NCBI RefSeq assembly: GCF_964355755.1
Contig: NC_092679.1
Span: 3,316,201-3,380,200 of the forward strand
Source: Antedon mediterranea
Lineage: Eukaryota > Animalia > Echinodermata
Length of the DNA stretch: 64,000 bases
Direction of reading: 5' to 3'
The notes below the pieces were generated by a model, which ran no database searches, was not told the origin of the DNA, and worked only from the letters and a program-made list of their open reading frames with translations. Shown piece by piece: positions 38,541-50,391 of the stretch (its first letter is position 1; the number at the start of each line of letters is the position of its first letter). The position numbers and the translations under genes are program-made.

Positions 38541-40106
38541 CTCCATGGGACGTCTTGGGTTCTCAAATTTCTACAGAATGTGTTTAAATTACACATTTTA
38601 TTCTAAAGCTATTAACATTGGTCACTGGTACAGGTGTTCTAGCCCATCATTCCATACTTCTGCTTTTTTAAATTGCACAGAAAGATATAGAAAAGGTTAT
38701 ATACAAAAAAAGTGTTAGGGTAGGCTAGTCTAGTAGTAGGCCAGACCTCGCGTTACTTGAGGGCGGAACCGCAATTGGTTTGTGCCCAACTTGAAATTTT
38801 TTCTAGACGATTCATCCCGCTTTTTTTTAAACCTCAACGAAATTGATATACAGTAGTAGTGTACCAATATACAATACATATTCAATACACTACTATTACA
38901 GAAAAGTAATTCAGTTGTATAAATTAAAAGTTAAAATAAAATCGGTTTCAATATTTTATTACCATTTCCTAGAGAAATATTTTAAACTAAAATTAAAAAC
39001 AATTTTATTTTTTATTATAGTTATTGAAACCACTGATGGCGATGTTACTACAGTGAGTATTATTAAAACATGTATTAAATCCAGGAAAAACACATTTAAA
39101 ACGTTGTATTTACCTATTTGCAGCTTTATGTTACATGTAACATTTATTTCTGTTTATTTATTTTTTGCACTCTACTACTACTTACAGATAGAAGCAGAAT
39201 ATGCAATACCAGAAGCAGGAACCCAGCCTCTTCGAGAAGAATATAAAGATGCATGTCCCATCTGTAGGCTTAATTTACGAGTAACATACAAGGTAAAACA
39301 TTATAAATTGGTCAGATGCTTTGCCCTACTGTGTACTGCTGTTGATAAAACTGGGGGTGGGTTAACTGAATCCTTTTTTGGGGATTGTGGAAGTCTCTAC
39401 CTCTCTCAAACTTTTAAAATTAGATTCTTGTATTAATTTCTTTCTTTCAGGATGTTTTGATATTAAAACAGTTTGTAAAAGAAGACGGTTCGATGTTGCC
39501 AAAGCGCGTCACAGGCGTCTGTAACAAACAACATAACATTCTTGTAGAGTGCATTAAAAGAGCTAATAAATCAGGTATGAATGATGTTTGATATGTCGTC
39601 AGATTTTTACAAATAATTATGGCACCATACTCAAAAATAAAAAAAGGAAGATTCGTATTATATTTGCCTCCGTTTTGAGCTTTGTCTACACTATCAAACT
39701 TTATGTGACAAAAAAGTGATATGGTTATATATGGATATTATGATGTCATATCAGTACCATATTTTGGCGCATCACTACCATATCACTCTACCATATTTCG
39801 CCAAATCACACTTTTTTTGTCAAACTAATTGATAGACTAGATAGCGCTTAATCAAACTAGTTTGACAAGAAAAAGTGTGATGTTTCCAAATATGGTAGAG
39901 TGATATGATTTCATCATGTCCATCACAATGTTGTCGCATACAGTTTGATAGTGTAGACAGAGCTTTACACTGCCAAGCTAAAACAAACCTGTTACATATC
40001 TATTCTTGTTTTTCCAGGCTTATTACCAGACCATAAACCAAAAGAAAAAATGATTTTGCCACCAGGGGTCAGAGGAAAGAGGAAAATACGTTTACCACGA
40101 TTCTAA
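38533..40106 (+). CDS. MRPS18A: Mitochondrial ribosomal protein S18A (mL66), 170 aa
   Basis: Exons 38533-38695, 39021-39052, 39188-39292, 39451-39574, 40018-40106; CPICR..YKDVLILKQFV..GSMLPKRVTGVC..H..ECIKRANKSGLLPDHKP. Confidence 0.92.
39678..39964. mobile_element. Tandem MITE family B copies, MRPS18A intron 4
   Basis: agctttgtctacactatcaaac ... gtttgatagtgtagacagagct. Confidence 0.8.
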
Positions 40107-40987
40107 TAGTGTAATAGTTTTCAAGGAGAAAGACTGTACAAATACACCAGAAACAAATACTTTATATAATCGTTGCCTACCTAGTAACTGGATTCTAAAG
40201 CTCTGTCTACACTACCAAATTTTATGCGACAAAAAAAATGTGATGTGCCCATACATGGACATGATGATGTCATATCACTACCATATTTAAGCATATAAGT
40301 ACCATATTTAGGCAAATTACATTTTTTTGTCAAACTACACTTATACCATAAGTAGATATTGGTTAGTGACATTTTGTAAGTAGTGAGGTACTTGGGCCTA
40401 TCTAAATTGTCACATTTTGGTTGGTGACAATTAACCACCCACTAATGAATATCAGTGATAATAAAGTACTGAAACAAATCTATTGTGACTGGTTAAAAAA
40501 AAAAAACAGCTGTACTATAATTGTTTGAAATTGATATTGAGATGAGCTCTGTTAAAAGACACACATTTTAAACCTGGAGAAATTGAATGCGAAACACTTG
40601 AAAATGAAAGAAAAACAAAGTACTCGGAATAGTGTTTATCGGAAAAGTATAATTACAATTTATTTGCAGAAAACATTCTAATTATTGATGAAGTGTTTGT
40701 AATTGACTGCTGCTATGGCGTTTCAATGAAGAAAATAACAAACAAAATAGTTTTGTTTTACATATTTCATAACCAAAACAGTTTGGTTACAAAATAGTGG
40801 TAAAATACTACCCATCAACAACATGACTAAAAAAAAACTTTCAATAAATAACAAGTGTAAATTGGTTATTTCAACACATATTTGTGAACATGTATTTACA
40901 ATTTAGTATATACATTTATTTCATGTTACTTTATATTATAAAGTTATAAAAACAGCATTGACTGTAAACTGTGTTTTGTTTCCGTGT

Positions 40988-43424
40988 TCACAACATGAAC
41001 GGAAGGTCTTTGTTTTTCTCTCCGGTACCGAAATAGACGTATCCAAACTGTTTGGACGAAGGCACGTGATAAAACATCATACCGAGCCAGAGGAGGCTAC
41101 GGATTATCAATAGACCACTTCCACGCTCAAACTGAATAGTGTACGACCGTCCTGTCAACAAATATAAAAACATACAGTTACAAGAATTGAAATAACAATT
41201 GATTTTAAAAATAATATAGACTTAAGCTCTGTCTAAACTATCAAACTAGTTTGACGAAAACATGTGATGTGCTCATATATGGACATGTTGATGTCATGTC
41301 ACTACCACATTTAGGCACATATTTTTTGTTGTCAAAGTAGTTTGATAGTGTAGACAGATCTTAAAGGATAAAATAGGCTTAAACTCTATCTACACTAACA
41401 AACTAGTTTGACAAATATTTAAATGTGCCTAAATATGGTAGTGATACGACATCATCTTGTCCATATATGGGCACATCACACATTTTTTTGTCACATAATT
41501 TAATAGTGTAGACATAGCTTTATTTACGCAAGTTGGTTTCATGGGAACAGTTACAGTTATAAACTTTGGTGGGTATGAACCAACTTGCAACACGGGAAAC
41601 AAACTAAAGTTGAATAGAAAAGTTTACCTTGTGGTATATCTTCGCTTATGGGGTCTAGGAAGTCTATTGAAGGATCCATGTCTGCCTTTTCAAGCAGAGA
41701 TTTCTCTTTTAACTTCTGTGGTTCACGAAAATGGAAATAATTCTGCAGTTTACCACTTTCCACAACACTAAGACCTGTAATGAAACATTTAATGATGTAA
41801 GAGAAATAACTAAAATAACTCATTGAGAATTCGCTCTAAAACTGATATAAATTCAAAACAATATAAATCTCTTGTTTAAACTTATAGCACCCTCTACTAA
41901 AAAGATTGAATGCAACAATAGTGACCCGAGGTCACTTTGAATTTTATCTAATGATGTAAGAGGAATTACCAAAATAACTCATTGAGAATTCACTTTAAAT
42001 TTAATTTAAAACAATATAAATTAAATTCAACAATAGTGACATGAGGTCACTTTGAATTTTTTTTTTTCCATACACCTCCACTTCCCATATTTTCATTTAA
42101 TTTAATTCATCATATTCAATGTCTGTACCTTCAAACATTCTGTTCATCTGAACGGTGCCATGGGGTGTTTTGAAGTAAGCTCCTCTTGGTACCATGGCAA
42201 CATCTTCATCAATATTTACAACAACTGATGCTAGTCTATCCTCCTCCTTTATCATGATCTGTAAATAAAAATAAACAATCAAATCAAGTCATACAACAAA
42301 TGATTATTCATATTCTGGTAATATAAAGGAAATTTTAAAAAGTGTTCATCAAACCAGTGTCATTGTTAATGCTTGGTTCCCACTAGAGACGCAACACTAC
42401 GACGTAACGCAACGTAAGGAATTTAACCAATCACAAGCGATGGATTTACTCGACTGTCGCTTGTAATTGGTCAACTCGGTTGGATCATGGAGGTATAAAA
42501 ATATTTATATTTATCTATTTTTATACCTCCATGGTTGGATTGAGTCTACGTCCTTGCGTTAAGTCCTAAAGGGAACTAAGCTTAAGGTTGCATTGCGTCT
42601 ACGCTTTTGCATTGTGTCCTAGTGGGAATCCAGCTTAACCACAATGCAGGTTACTACTGTAAAACGAAAATATGACGTACTGTGTTCTCTTCTTCCGTGG
42701 CGTCATCTCCTTCGCCGATTCTCTTTATCTCGATGTGTTCATACTCGTGGGATGGATCTCCAATAAACCTTCCTTTCACAACTGAGCATTGTTCCCTCAT
42801 TGCTGTCGTTGCATGCGGCAACAAACCCCATGTTAAGCAATCTGAACTGTGGAGAAACGAATTAACAAAATTAAAGTTATATCATTATAAACCATCTCTA
42901 CTTACTAACTAGCTAGGTCTAGCCTAGGCTAGAACTTGAAGGAAGTATTAATATAGGCCTATAATACTAAATAGGCTGCAACATCAGACAATAAATATTA
43001 TTATCACACACTCCTGACACTTTCTATTAGGGGTTGATTGTTGTTGATTTATAAGAATAAGATTATTTTATTAATAAATACACAGTAGGCCTAGACCTAC
43101 TATATATATAGGCCTATTTAATAATGCCTACTGTATAAAATAGGCCTATCAATCATCACCATATAATACGACATATACAGTACATAGTAGGCCTTACCTG
43201 TAGAGAGTTTTTCTATCAACCATCTCATCATTCCCACATCCCTGCACGATGAAGTAGTCGCCCTTGATGCCCATGATTTTTCCCCAGAAGAAAACACGGT
43301 GGAACTTGTGATCATGTTGTAAAATGACAAGAGAACTTTGAAGTGTTGCTGCTTGTTCTGGGTTTAAAATTACACCACTTGAACCAAGATAATTTATGTG
43401 TAAATGTAATCCTTCGGAATTCAT
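40988..43424 (-). CDS. RSPH9: Radial spoke head protein 9, 277 aa
   Basis: Exons 43424-43198, 42846-42681, 42258-42129, 41774-41628, 41151-40988; FWGKIMG, KGRFIGDPSHEY, IKEEDRLA, VPRGA, RSLLWLG, YFGTGEKNKDLPFML. Confidence 0.96.
41225..41520. mobile_element. Two MITE family B copies, RSPH9 intron 4
   Basis: agctctgtctaaactatcaaac..agtgtagacagatct and aactctatctacact..agtgtagacatagct. Confidence 0.8.
41790..42060. repeat. About 160-bp imperfect tandem duplication, RSPH9 intron 3
   Basis: taatgatgtaagag..aaaataactcattgagaattc..caacaatagtgac..gaggtcactttgaatttt occurs twice. Confidence 0.75.
42371..42636. mobile_element. MITE family A copy interrupted by a CATGG element
   Basis: gcttggttcccactagagacgc ... 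ctagtgggaatccagctt. Confidence 0.85.
42479..42540. mobile_element. 48-bp CATGG..CCATG element with 18-bp perfect arms and 7-bp TSD (GTTGGAT)
   Basis: gttggat|catggaggtataaaaata..tatttttatacctccatg|gttggat. Confidence 0.88.
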
Positions 43425-43499
43425 AATGAACTATAAAGAATACGTTTTTTTCCAACGAAATTTGGTGGATTCTACTCAGCAGAAACACGAACAACGACG

Positions 43500-43630
43500 A
43501 AAAATTGGCAGATTGAGGCCAAGTGGTTGTTATGGTTGTTGTCAAGGTGATTGCGCATGCTCCTAATTACAAACGACCTCAAATATTGAACTTCCGGTTG
43601 ACATGTAAACATCGCATAATGGCCACGTAG
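43500..43630. promoter_or_regulatory. Probable bidirectional promoter RSPH9/NUDT22
   Basis: X-box-like GTTGTTATGGTTG and GTTGTCAAGGTGAT (RFX), TGCGCATGC (NRF1-like) and ACTTCCGG (ETS) between divergent genes. Confidence 0.55.
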
Positions 43631-44428
43631 TAAACATTTTATCGAATCGATTGTATTTTTTTGCTTTATTTTCCACTAACTGGTGTTTAGCTGAAAAATT
43701 TACACAGAAAAAAACATGATCTGTAAAGCAAATTAATTTCTATCAAACAGTCCTAATTGTTAATTTTGAATTAAAGAGAGAGTTGGGTTTGCAGTTCCGA
43801 AAGCTAAGCATACTTTTGCCGAGCCAATCACACTTCGTCGATGTAAAGTTTTAGAGGGTCGCGACGTTTTAAAGTCGATTCGCTCCTATTTCGCAATTAC
43901 GCAATGCAGAAGTAAATAATGGTACGTCGAACTCATTTTTTTTGCTTAATTAGTAAATATTAATAATAATAATAATAATATTATTCATATAATACTAGAA
44001 AATATTTGATTTACAATTTTATTTTAATCAATGATAAAAACGTAGTTACAGTAGTAAGATAAGACCACAGAATACGTATATACAGTATATATAAATCTGA
44101 ATATATAAATTAATAAATATCAATAATTTAAATAGAATTGAAAGCATACACGCTGTCGTCCATTAAAATGAATTATAATATTTACAATATACAACCATTA
44201 TAATGCAACAACGGTAAGGTCAAAATAATATAAGAATGCTAATCTTGACAATAAAACTGGCAAAATATTTAAATAATTCTTTTGTTGTTAAAAATTAATG
44301 ATAAATCACTAATGCTGACAGATCACGCATAAAATTGTAAATTGATGTCTGTTAAATTTCTCATATAGATAGATTATAAATGATTTTGATCGCTTAGAAT
44401 TGTGTCGCAGACGACTCTGGTGAACACA

Positions 44429-46495
44429 ATGGACGAAGAAGCATCTATCCTTTATCAGGCACCTAGTGGTGGTATACGAAGAAATCAAATAATTATCGCC
44501 TTGTCAAGCGAATTTAATCGTAAAATTAACCCAATACACGAACCGTCGATTGATGCAATATGGAAGGAAAAGCTAAAAGAGAATCCCCGACTCTTCAACG
44601 GTTCAAAGTTCAGATTGCACCTCGTACAACAGAAGAATCGACACGTGCACCTTCAGATTGGACTAACTGGTTACAAAGATTTCTTAGGTACCAACTGGTC
44701 AAAAAATGCCAAAGAGTTATTACGCCTGGGGAAGACAGACCACGGAGACTCGCAGGGGTACATGTCTAACGCGCTCGGTGTTGGCGCTTTTATTCACACT
44801 AAAGATGGTTTTGTGGTGTTTATTAAAAGGAGCCAACACGTAGGAGAGGCTCAGGGATTGTGGGATGTTCCGGGAGGACATCCAGAACCAGAGGTAATCA
44901 ATCATAACGAAGCAGGTTTAACTAAAATGGTTATTATAATAGATAAAAAAATAACCAAACACGTTTAGATAAATCATAATCTTGAATGTCTATCCAAATT
45001 GTCGAATACGTTCGGTAAATATCTAAAACTATTCATTGTTCGACATAAATTCAGACACAGATGTAGTTCTTCTGTTGCAGAAAAAAAAGTGGTGAGGTAG
45101 GTGGGTGGTGGTTTGGTTCATAGCAGAATGTTTGTTAGTCATATCCATAAGGTGTGACGTAAGAATGTTTGTTCCCTTTTATTTATTTGTTTTGTGTGTA
45201 TCACTGCTGCGTACCGTCAGTTCATTCTTTGTTTTTGAAATATTACAAATAAAAAAAGGGGTTTAATTAAAATTGTCAGGAATAAATAAATGACAAATTT
45301 CTTCTTAATATATTTAATTTTATGCCTTAGGAATTGGTTGGAACTGTTAAAGATCCGGCAGACATTTGTATAGACGATCTGGATCCTTTATCGGTAGTTA
45401 ATGAAATTTTTGATTCGACTCTTCGGGAGATCAGAGACGAGGTGAATGTACCGATATCGTCTTTATCTGAACCAGTTCTTATGGGTGTTTCGTTAAATCA
45501 TACCAGTGCTTTTAGGCCAAGTGCAGATTTTCTGGTGAGGTGAGTACTATTTTTAGCGTGCCATATCGACGCATTGTGCTATACCGATTTACGATAATTT
45601 CCCATACGAATAGTAGCCGGCCCGTACCGGGCGCGATTTTTGTTCGTACATGATAGATATAGCTTAACCGAACAATCTAAATAATCACTATTAAAGTAAA
45701 AAGTAGTTGCTCATGGGATTCGAACCTCATACATCGACATGTAGTCTAATCCATTTGACTCAAAGACGGCTGGCTCGATTGAAAGCGTTATAGAATTGTA
45801 GCTATAAGTCTTACGTCACACCTTATGGATAAGACTAATGAATTATTCATGTTTATTTTTCAACGTTTCATGAGGGGTCCCCGACTTAAATGTACGAACA
45901 AAAATATCGCGTACCGGGTCCATGCTAGTTGAGAATTTTATGTGATTATTTTGTTTTGAAGGTGTTCTCTGTCTTCTCAAAAAATTAAACAACTTTACGA
46001 GTCAGGAGGTTTAGAAGCTGACGAATCAACATCTATTAAGTTTATTCCTGTTAAGGTGAGAAAAATGTTGACGCAACGACGCCGTAAGCGCACCGCAAGT
46101 AATTGGAGCAATCACGACGCGTTGGTCATTGGAACTATCGCTTGTGATTGGTCAACTCACTTGCGTTGCACCTACGTATTGAACTCATAAGAAGAACACC
46201 TGGATAGACCAAGTGTTTTAATGTTCTTCTTACGTATCATTTGTACACAATTACTATAAACTAGCCTGGCTTTAATCTGGGGGTGGGCTAACAATTGTGT
46301 CTCCTGTATTTTCTATGTCGTTTGAGTGCTTCAGACCTACGTTAGGGTAACCTATTTTGTGATGTATGTTAGAAATCATATTTCATTGTTATTCTTTTTA
46401 AGGACGTAAAATTGCTACCTGAATCTGAACTTTGGGAACACATGTCCCCATCTGGAAAAGGCTGTGTATTTGTCTACAACCAGACGACGCTATAA
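44429..46495 (+). CDS. NUDT22: Nudix hydrolase 22 (UDP-glucose pyrophosphatase), 286 aa
   Basis: Exons 44429-44893, 45331-45539, 45962-46055, 46403-46495; LFNGSKFRL, GLTGYKDFLGTNW, ALGVGA, DVPGGHPEP, EIFDSTLREIRDEVN, EADEST, SPSGKG. Confidence 0.94.
46068..46180. mobile_element. MITE family A-related fragment; others at about 46590-46700 and 46920-47010
   Basis: gcaacgac..cgtaagcgcaccgcaagtaattgga..aatcacgacgcg shared between the copies. Confidence 0.7.
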
Positions 46496-47010
46496 TCGGC
46501 CAGAATTAGCAGCTTTAACAATACAATAGTAATGCATTGAAGGCGTTCCATAAACTGTTACATTTTTGACGTAAAATTACTTCAAACATGGACACAACGC
46601 TTACGTAACGGCGTACGCACAACTGAATAGATCAATATCGCGTCGTGATTGGTCGAATTACTTTTACTTTTTACGTCGTTACCTCCAAGTGGGAACCAAG
46701 AGTTGGGCTATGTATGTAAAAAATATATCGGTGGTGGGTAAATCGATTTGTTTAACAAATTAATTATTTATTTCGTACAAGCTGCAAACGGTACACGGTA
46801 CTTTTGTTTTTCCTACAATAAATACACTTCTTTATGAAATTCATTGTTATTGTAAATAATATAGTTAAGCCTATAATAATCCATTGAATAATGTATATAT
46901 TTTATGATGTAACCACCTCCATCTGGATGCAACGACAACGTAAGCGCACCGCAAGTAATTGGACCAATCACGACGCGCTGGTCATTGGAACTGTCGCGTG
47001 TGATTGGTCA

Positions 47011-47339
47011 ACCGGTTCTCGTCAGATCACCGAAGTTAAGCGACGTTGGGCCTGGTTAGAGCTTGGATGGGAGACCATCTGGGAATAACGGGTGCTGTAT
47101 ACGGAGCTGGGGTCCCGTTAGGCATTTGAAATCAGCACTGCTGACTCTTATGGCAGCCCCTGCATCTAGTATCTGCCTCAGACCTCTGGTCAAGGTGGGC
47201 ACTGGACGAGAGAAGCCCTTGATCAATGTTAGGACCAATCAAGGTGCTTTAAACAGTCCTGGCTTTGTTTGTATCAAACCTGTTAGTGGCGGTAATTATC
47301 GCTGTTGATTTCGATTAAATAAAAAAAAAAAAAAAAAAA
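47011..47339 (+). mobile_element. 5S rRNA-derived SINE (SINE3-type), 5' truncated, with poly(A)
   Basis: 47011-47099 matches metazoan 5S rRNA from about nt 27 (accggttctcgtc.gatcaccgaagttaagc..cttggatggg.gacc..tgggaata.cgggtgctgta), followed by about 220 bp of unrelated body and A19. Confidence 0.85.
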
Positions 47340-47629
47340 TTTACTCTAATTCTCCTTATTGGTGGTCTGCATCTAGAATTCTGTTTAGCGCCATCATCGG
47401 CAGGTAAACTGTTGAGAAGTATGTTATGGTTATAAATGTATCATATCAACTTAGAACTAATCATGGAACTAATACAATAACGAAATTGAAACCAACAAAA
47501 ACAAACACGAGCATGTGAACAAATATAGGAATTCTTAGGCCTATATAAAAAAAACGCTCTTTAAACTGAAACAAACTTATCTATGTAGGCCTAATTAGGC
47601 ATTAAAACACAACAATATCAATATTTTAA

Positions 47630-47970
47630 AGGTGTATTCCCTTAAAAAAACATGAAAAATGAAGATTAATTCAAACAGGATTTGAATAGGTTATTTTGTA
47701 GTTTAATAAAGTTAATTCCTTCCATAAAAAATAAAACAAAACAAAATAATTTTTCGCAATAAAATGACAAAATAAATGGTCAGATTCAACCAAAACCCAT
47801 TGGCTAGCAGCTAATTTGACTATTGCTTTAAATTACTGTTTCTTTCAGGTTTATATATATTTTTTTCGATTAAATTTTTGTTCAAAGTGAATAACTATTA
47901 TGTGACATTAAAATGGTATATTCGACAAAAAAAATGTAAAAAATAATGTTTTCAGTGGGACAATACATCT
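47630..47970 (+). mobile_element. MITE family C copy with TTAA TSD
   Basis: ttaa|aggtgtattccc ... gggacaatacatct|ttaa. Confidence 0.85.
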
Positions 47971-48499
47971 TTAAACATCTATAGATAGGCATATAAGATT
48001 CGTAAATCCATCAATCAGTTCCAAGTCTTACAGTATTCTAAATGAAAATTGTCACTTTCCTATCAAGCAGCTTGAATTTCATCATCATCTTATCAGCGAC
48101 CTGTTAGTTTTAATTGGTACTTGATGAGCCCGCCTGCGGCAACTCCTTTGGAACTAATGGGCTACAAGTGCCACTAAACATTAGCCTAGCCTACGCCAAC
48201 TCTGACAAATAGAACCAGACGGTGTGTTGCTAATTGTTGAATCCGATATGGCGCGATAAATCTCTTTACGCAACAGAACTCATCGTTCAAGAGCACTAGG
48301 ATTTGTTATTGTGGTTCACAGGGATGATAATTAAAAAGAACATCATTATTAATTACTTTATAAAGAGCTGTAAAGATTTTAAATCCAAGGTGAAACACGT
48401 GTAATAATTTTTAGATAATATTGTTGTACGTACGTCTATTAAAACACGTTGCCAAGGAAATTAAATATAGTGTAACAAGTAAACATTAAACAAATAAAA

Positions 48500-48636
48500 T
48501 CTTGTACTTGCTGTTTGCTATATCTATAATTTCAAGTACATATTATAAACATATATTTGTGCTTATTTCGATTTATGTAGTAATTTTATCATGATTATGT
48601 ATTATTTATACTGTTCACCTATCGTACCTTTATTCT

Positions 48637-48669
<33 letters not shown>

Positions 48670-48800
48670 TTAGTTAATTATGTAAGTTTTATCATCATTT
48701 TCCTTTTATATGTTGTTGTTTATATTTGTATGGACGCACCACCGAAAGGTGTGTGCCACTGATTCGAAAGTGAGTACCAATAAATACTGAAATACTGAAA
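48500..48800 (+). mobile_element. 3' end fragment of a LINE related to the element at 67-1780
   Basis: ggacgcacc..tgtgccactgattcgaaagtg..ccaataaa plus (tactgaaa)2 aligns with the tail at 86-133; left boundary uncertain. Confidence 0.6.
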
Positions 48801-50391
48801 GTGGCAATAATCAAAATGACGGACCGAATTCCCAATCACAGTTATTTGCATCACCCCCTCATTCGTTCATGATCACAATATAAAATGTGCATGTGTACGA
48901 GCGAGTATCCATACTTGCCCCATTCCCCAAGTCTGTAGTTATTTTCGTTTGTTAGTCCATCAGTCGGCGTTTCGATTTTTGTCTGAAAATACAAAATTAT
49001 GAGCTCAAGAATTATACGTATGAAACGCCATATTTTTTTTAATTAATTTCAATCTAGAACCTGTAATAGTATCCAGAACACATTTTTTGTGTGGGCCTAC
49101 CGTTGGGTTCGTTCGCTGATATGTTAAGGTGCGCCTACCCACATTTAAATGGTTTATTAGTACAGTATTTGTCATTTTGTCGTCTGATTATTTCTTTATA
49201 GAAAAAATATAGTTTCAATTAGTCGAGCGGCGAACCCATAAAATCTATAAGCCGAATATCTTATTGGAACAAATGACATTAAGGTTAGATGTACCGCTGT
49301 CACCTCTCACCTGACGGTGATTTTTATTGCCAATTTCATGTTTATAGGCGTTAACGACATGATTTCACACCGTAACGCAAATTCATTATTTTGTCCACGC
49401 GCCAAACTTTGCCGACGCGTTACAAAGGAAACCCGCGGGAATTAGATTTCCCGCAAGATTTCGGTTTTTCATGCTTGTACATTTCTCGGTCTACGGAGGT
49501 TTTGTGAAACTTTTTTCACCCGTTACGAATGATCTACCCCATGCAGATTGGTGTTGTAGGAATCTCTTTCACGAAGAACACAATGACAATTGCCGCTTTT
49601 AATTACCTTGGTCCTCTTGCGTTCTCTAGGGTTCATTTGCGTTACGGTGAACGCAAACTGATGAAACCCAAATTGTAAGCTTTTTCTATTGCTTTCATCT
49701 GGAACGAAGTAAGCAGACTACAGTTGGCATAGGGAATAACAAAGGCGCCAAAACTCACGCGTGCAACAAATTTATCATTTAGATAGTTTACACCTTTTTT
49801 ACCGGTGCATTGTTTGACCTAAAGGAGGTCAAAACATGCTTTTTACGCCATATTTTCAGATAATAAATCATTATGGACAGATTAGACGTAAATTATAAAC
49901 GAGATTCCTGGTTTTCAGTCTACGAGGAATAAATTCGCAAGAAGGCACGATTCATGTGATGGTGAAACAGAGGTTGAACACACACAAATCACAAAAGGGT
50001 TAGGCTAGCATAAGGAGGTTCTGAAAGGTCTCTTGGGGAGATCTATCGGACGGAGATTGTGTCGAAAAATTACTGAACACACACAAATCACAACAGGGTT
50101 AGGCCTAAGGAGGCTCTGAAAGGTTTACTTGGATGGAGAGATCTATCGGGCGTAGAAAATGACCAGTTTCTAGGCTGCACTGAAAGTTGTAATAGTTTTT
50201 AGATTACAAAATATACCGGTACTGTAAAACACATCTATGAACAAGATAATTTATATAAAAATACATGAAACGAATATGACACAATATTGCTTCTGAAAAA
50301 GTTTTTGGGAGTATACATAGTACAGAATATGCATATAATGATGAAATAAAATAAAATATTAATAAAATAATATAAAGAAATTAATAAAGAA

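Noticed and set aside
38843-39436. 197-aa ORF
   Set aside because: Read-through of MRPS18A exons 2-3 and their introns.
47011-47099. Functional 5S rRNA gene
   Set aside because: Lacks the 5' end and T-run terminator, has several substitutions, and is followed by a body and poly(A).
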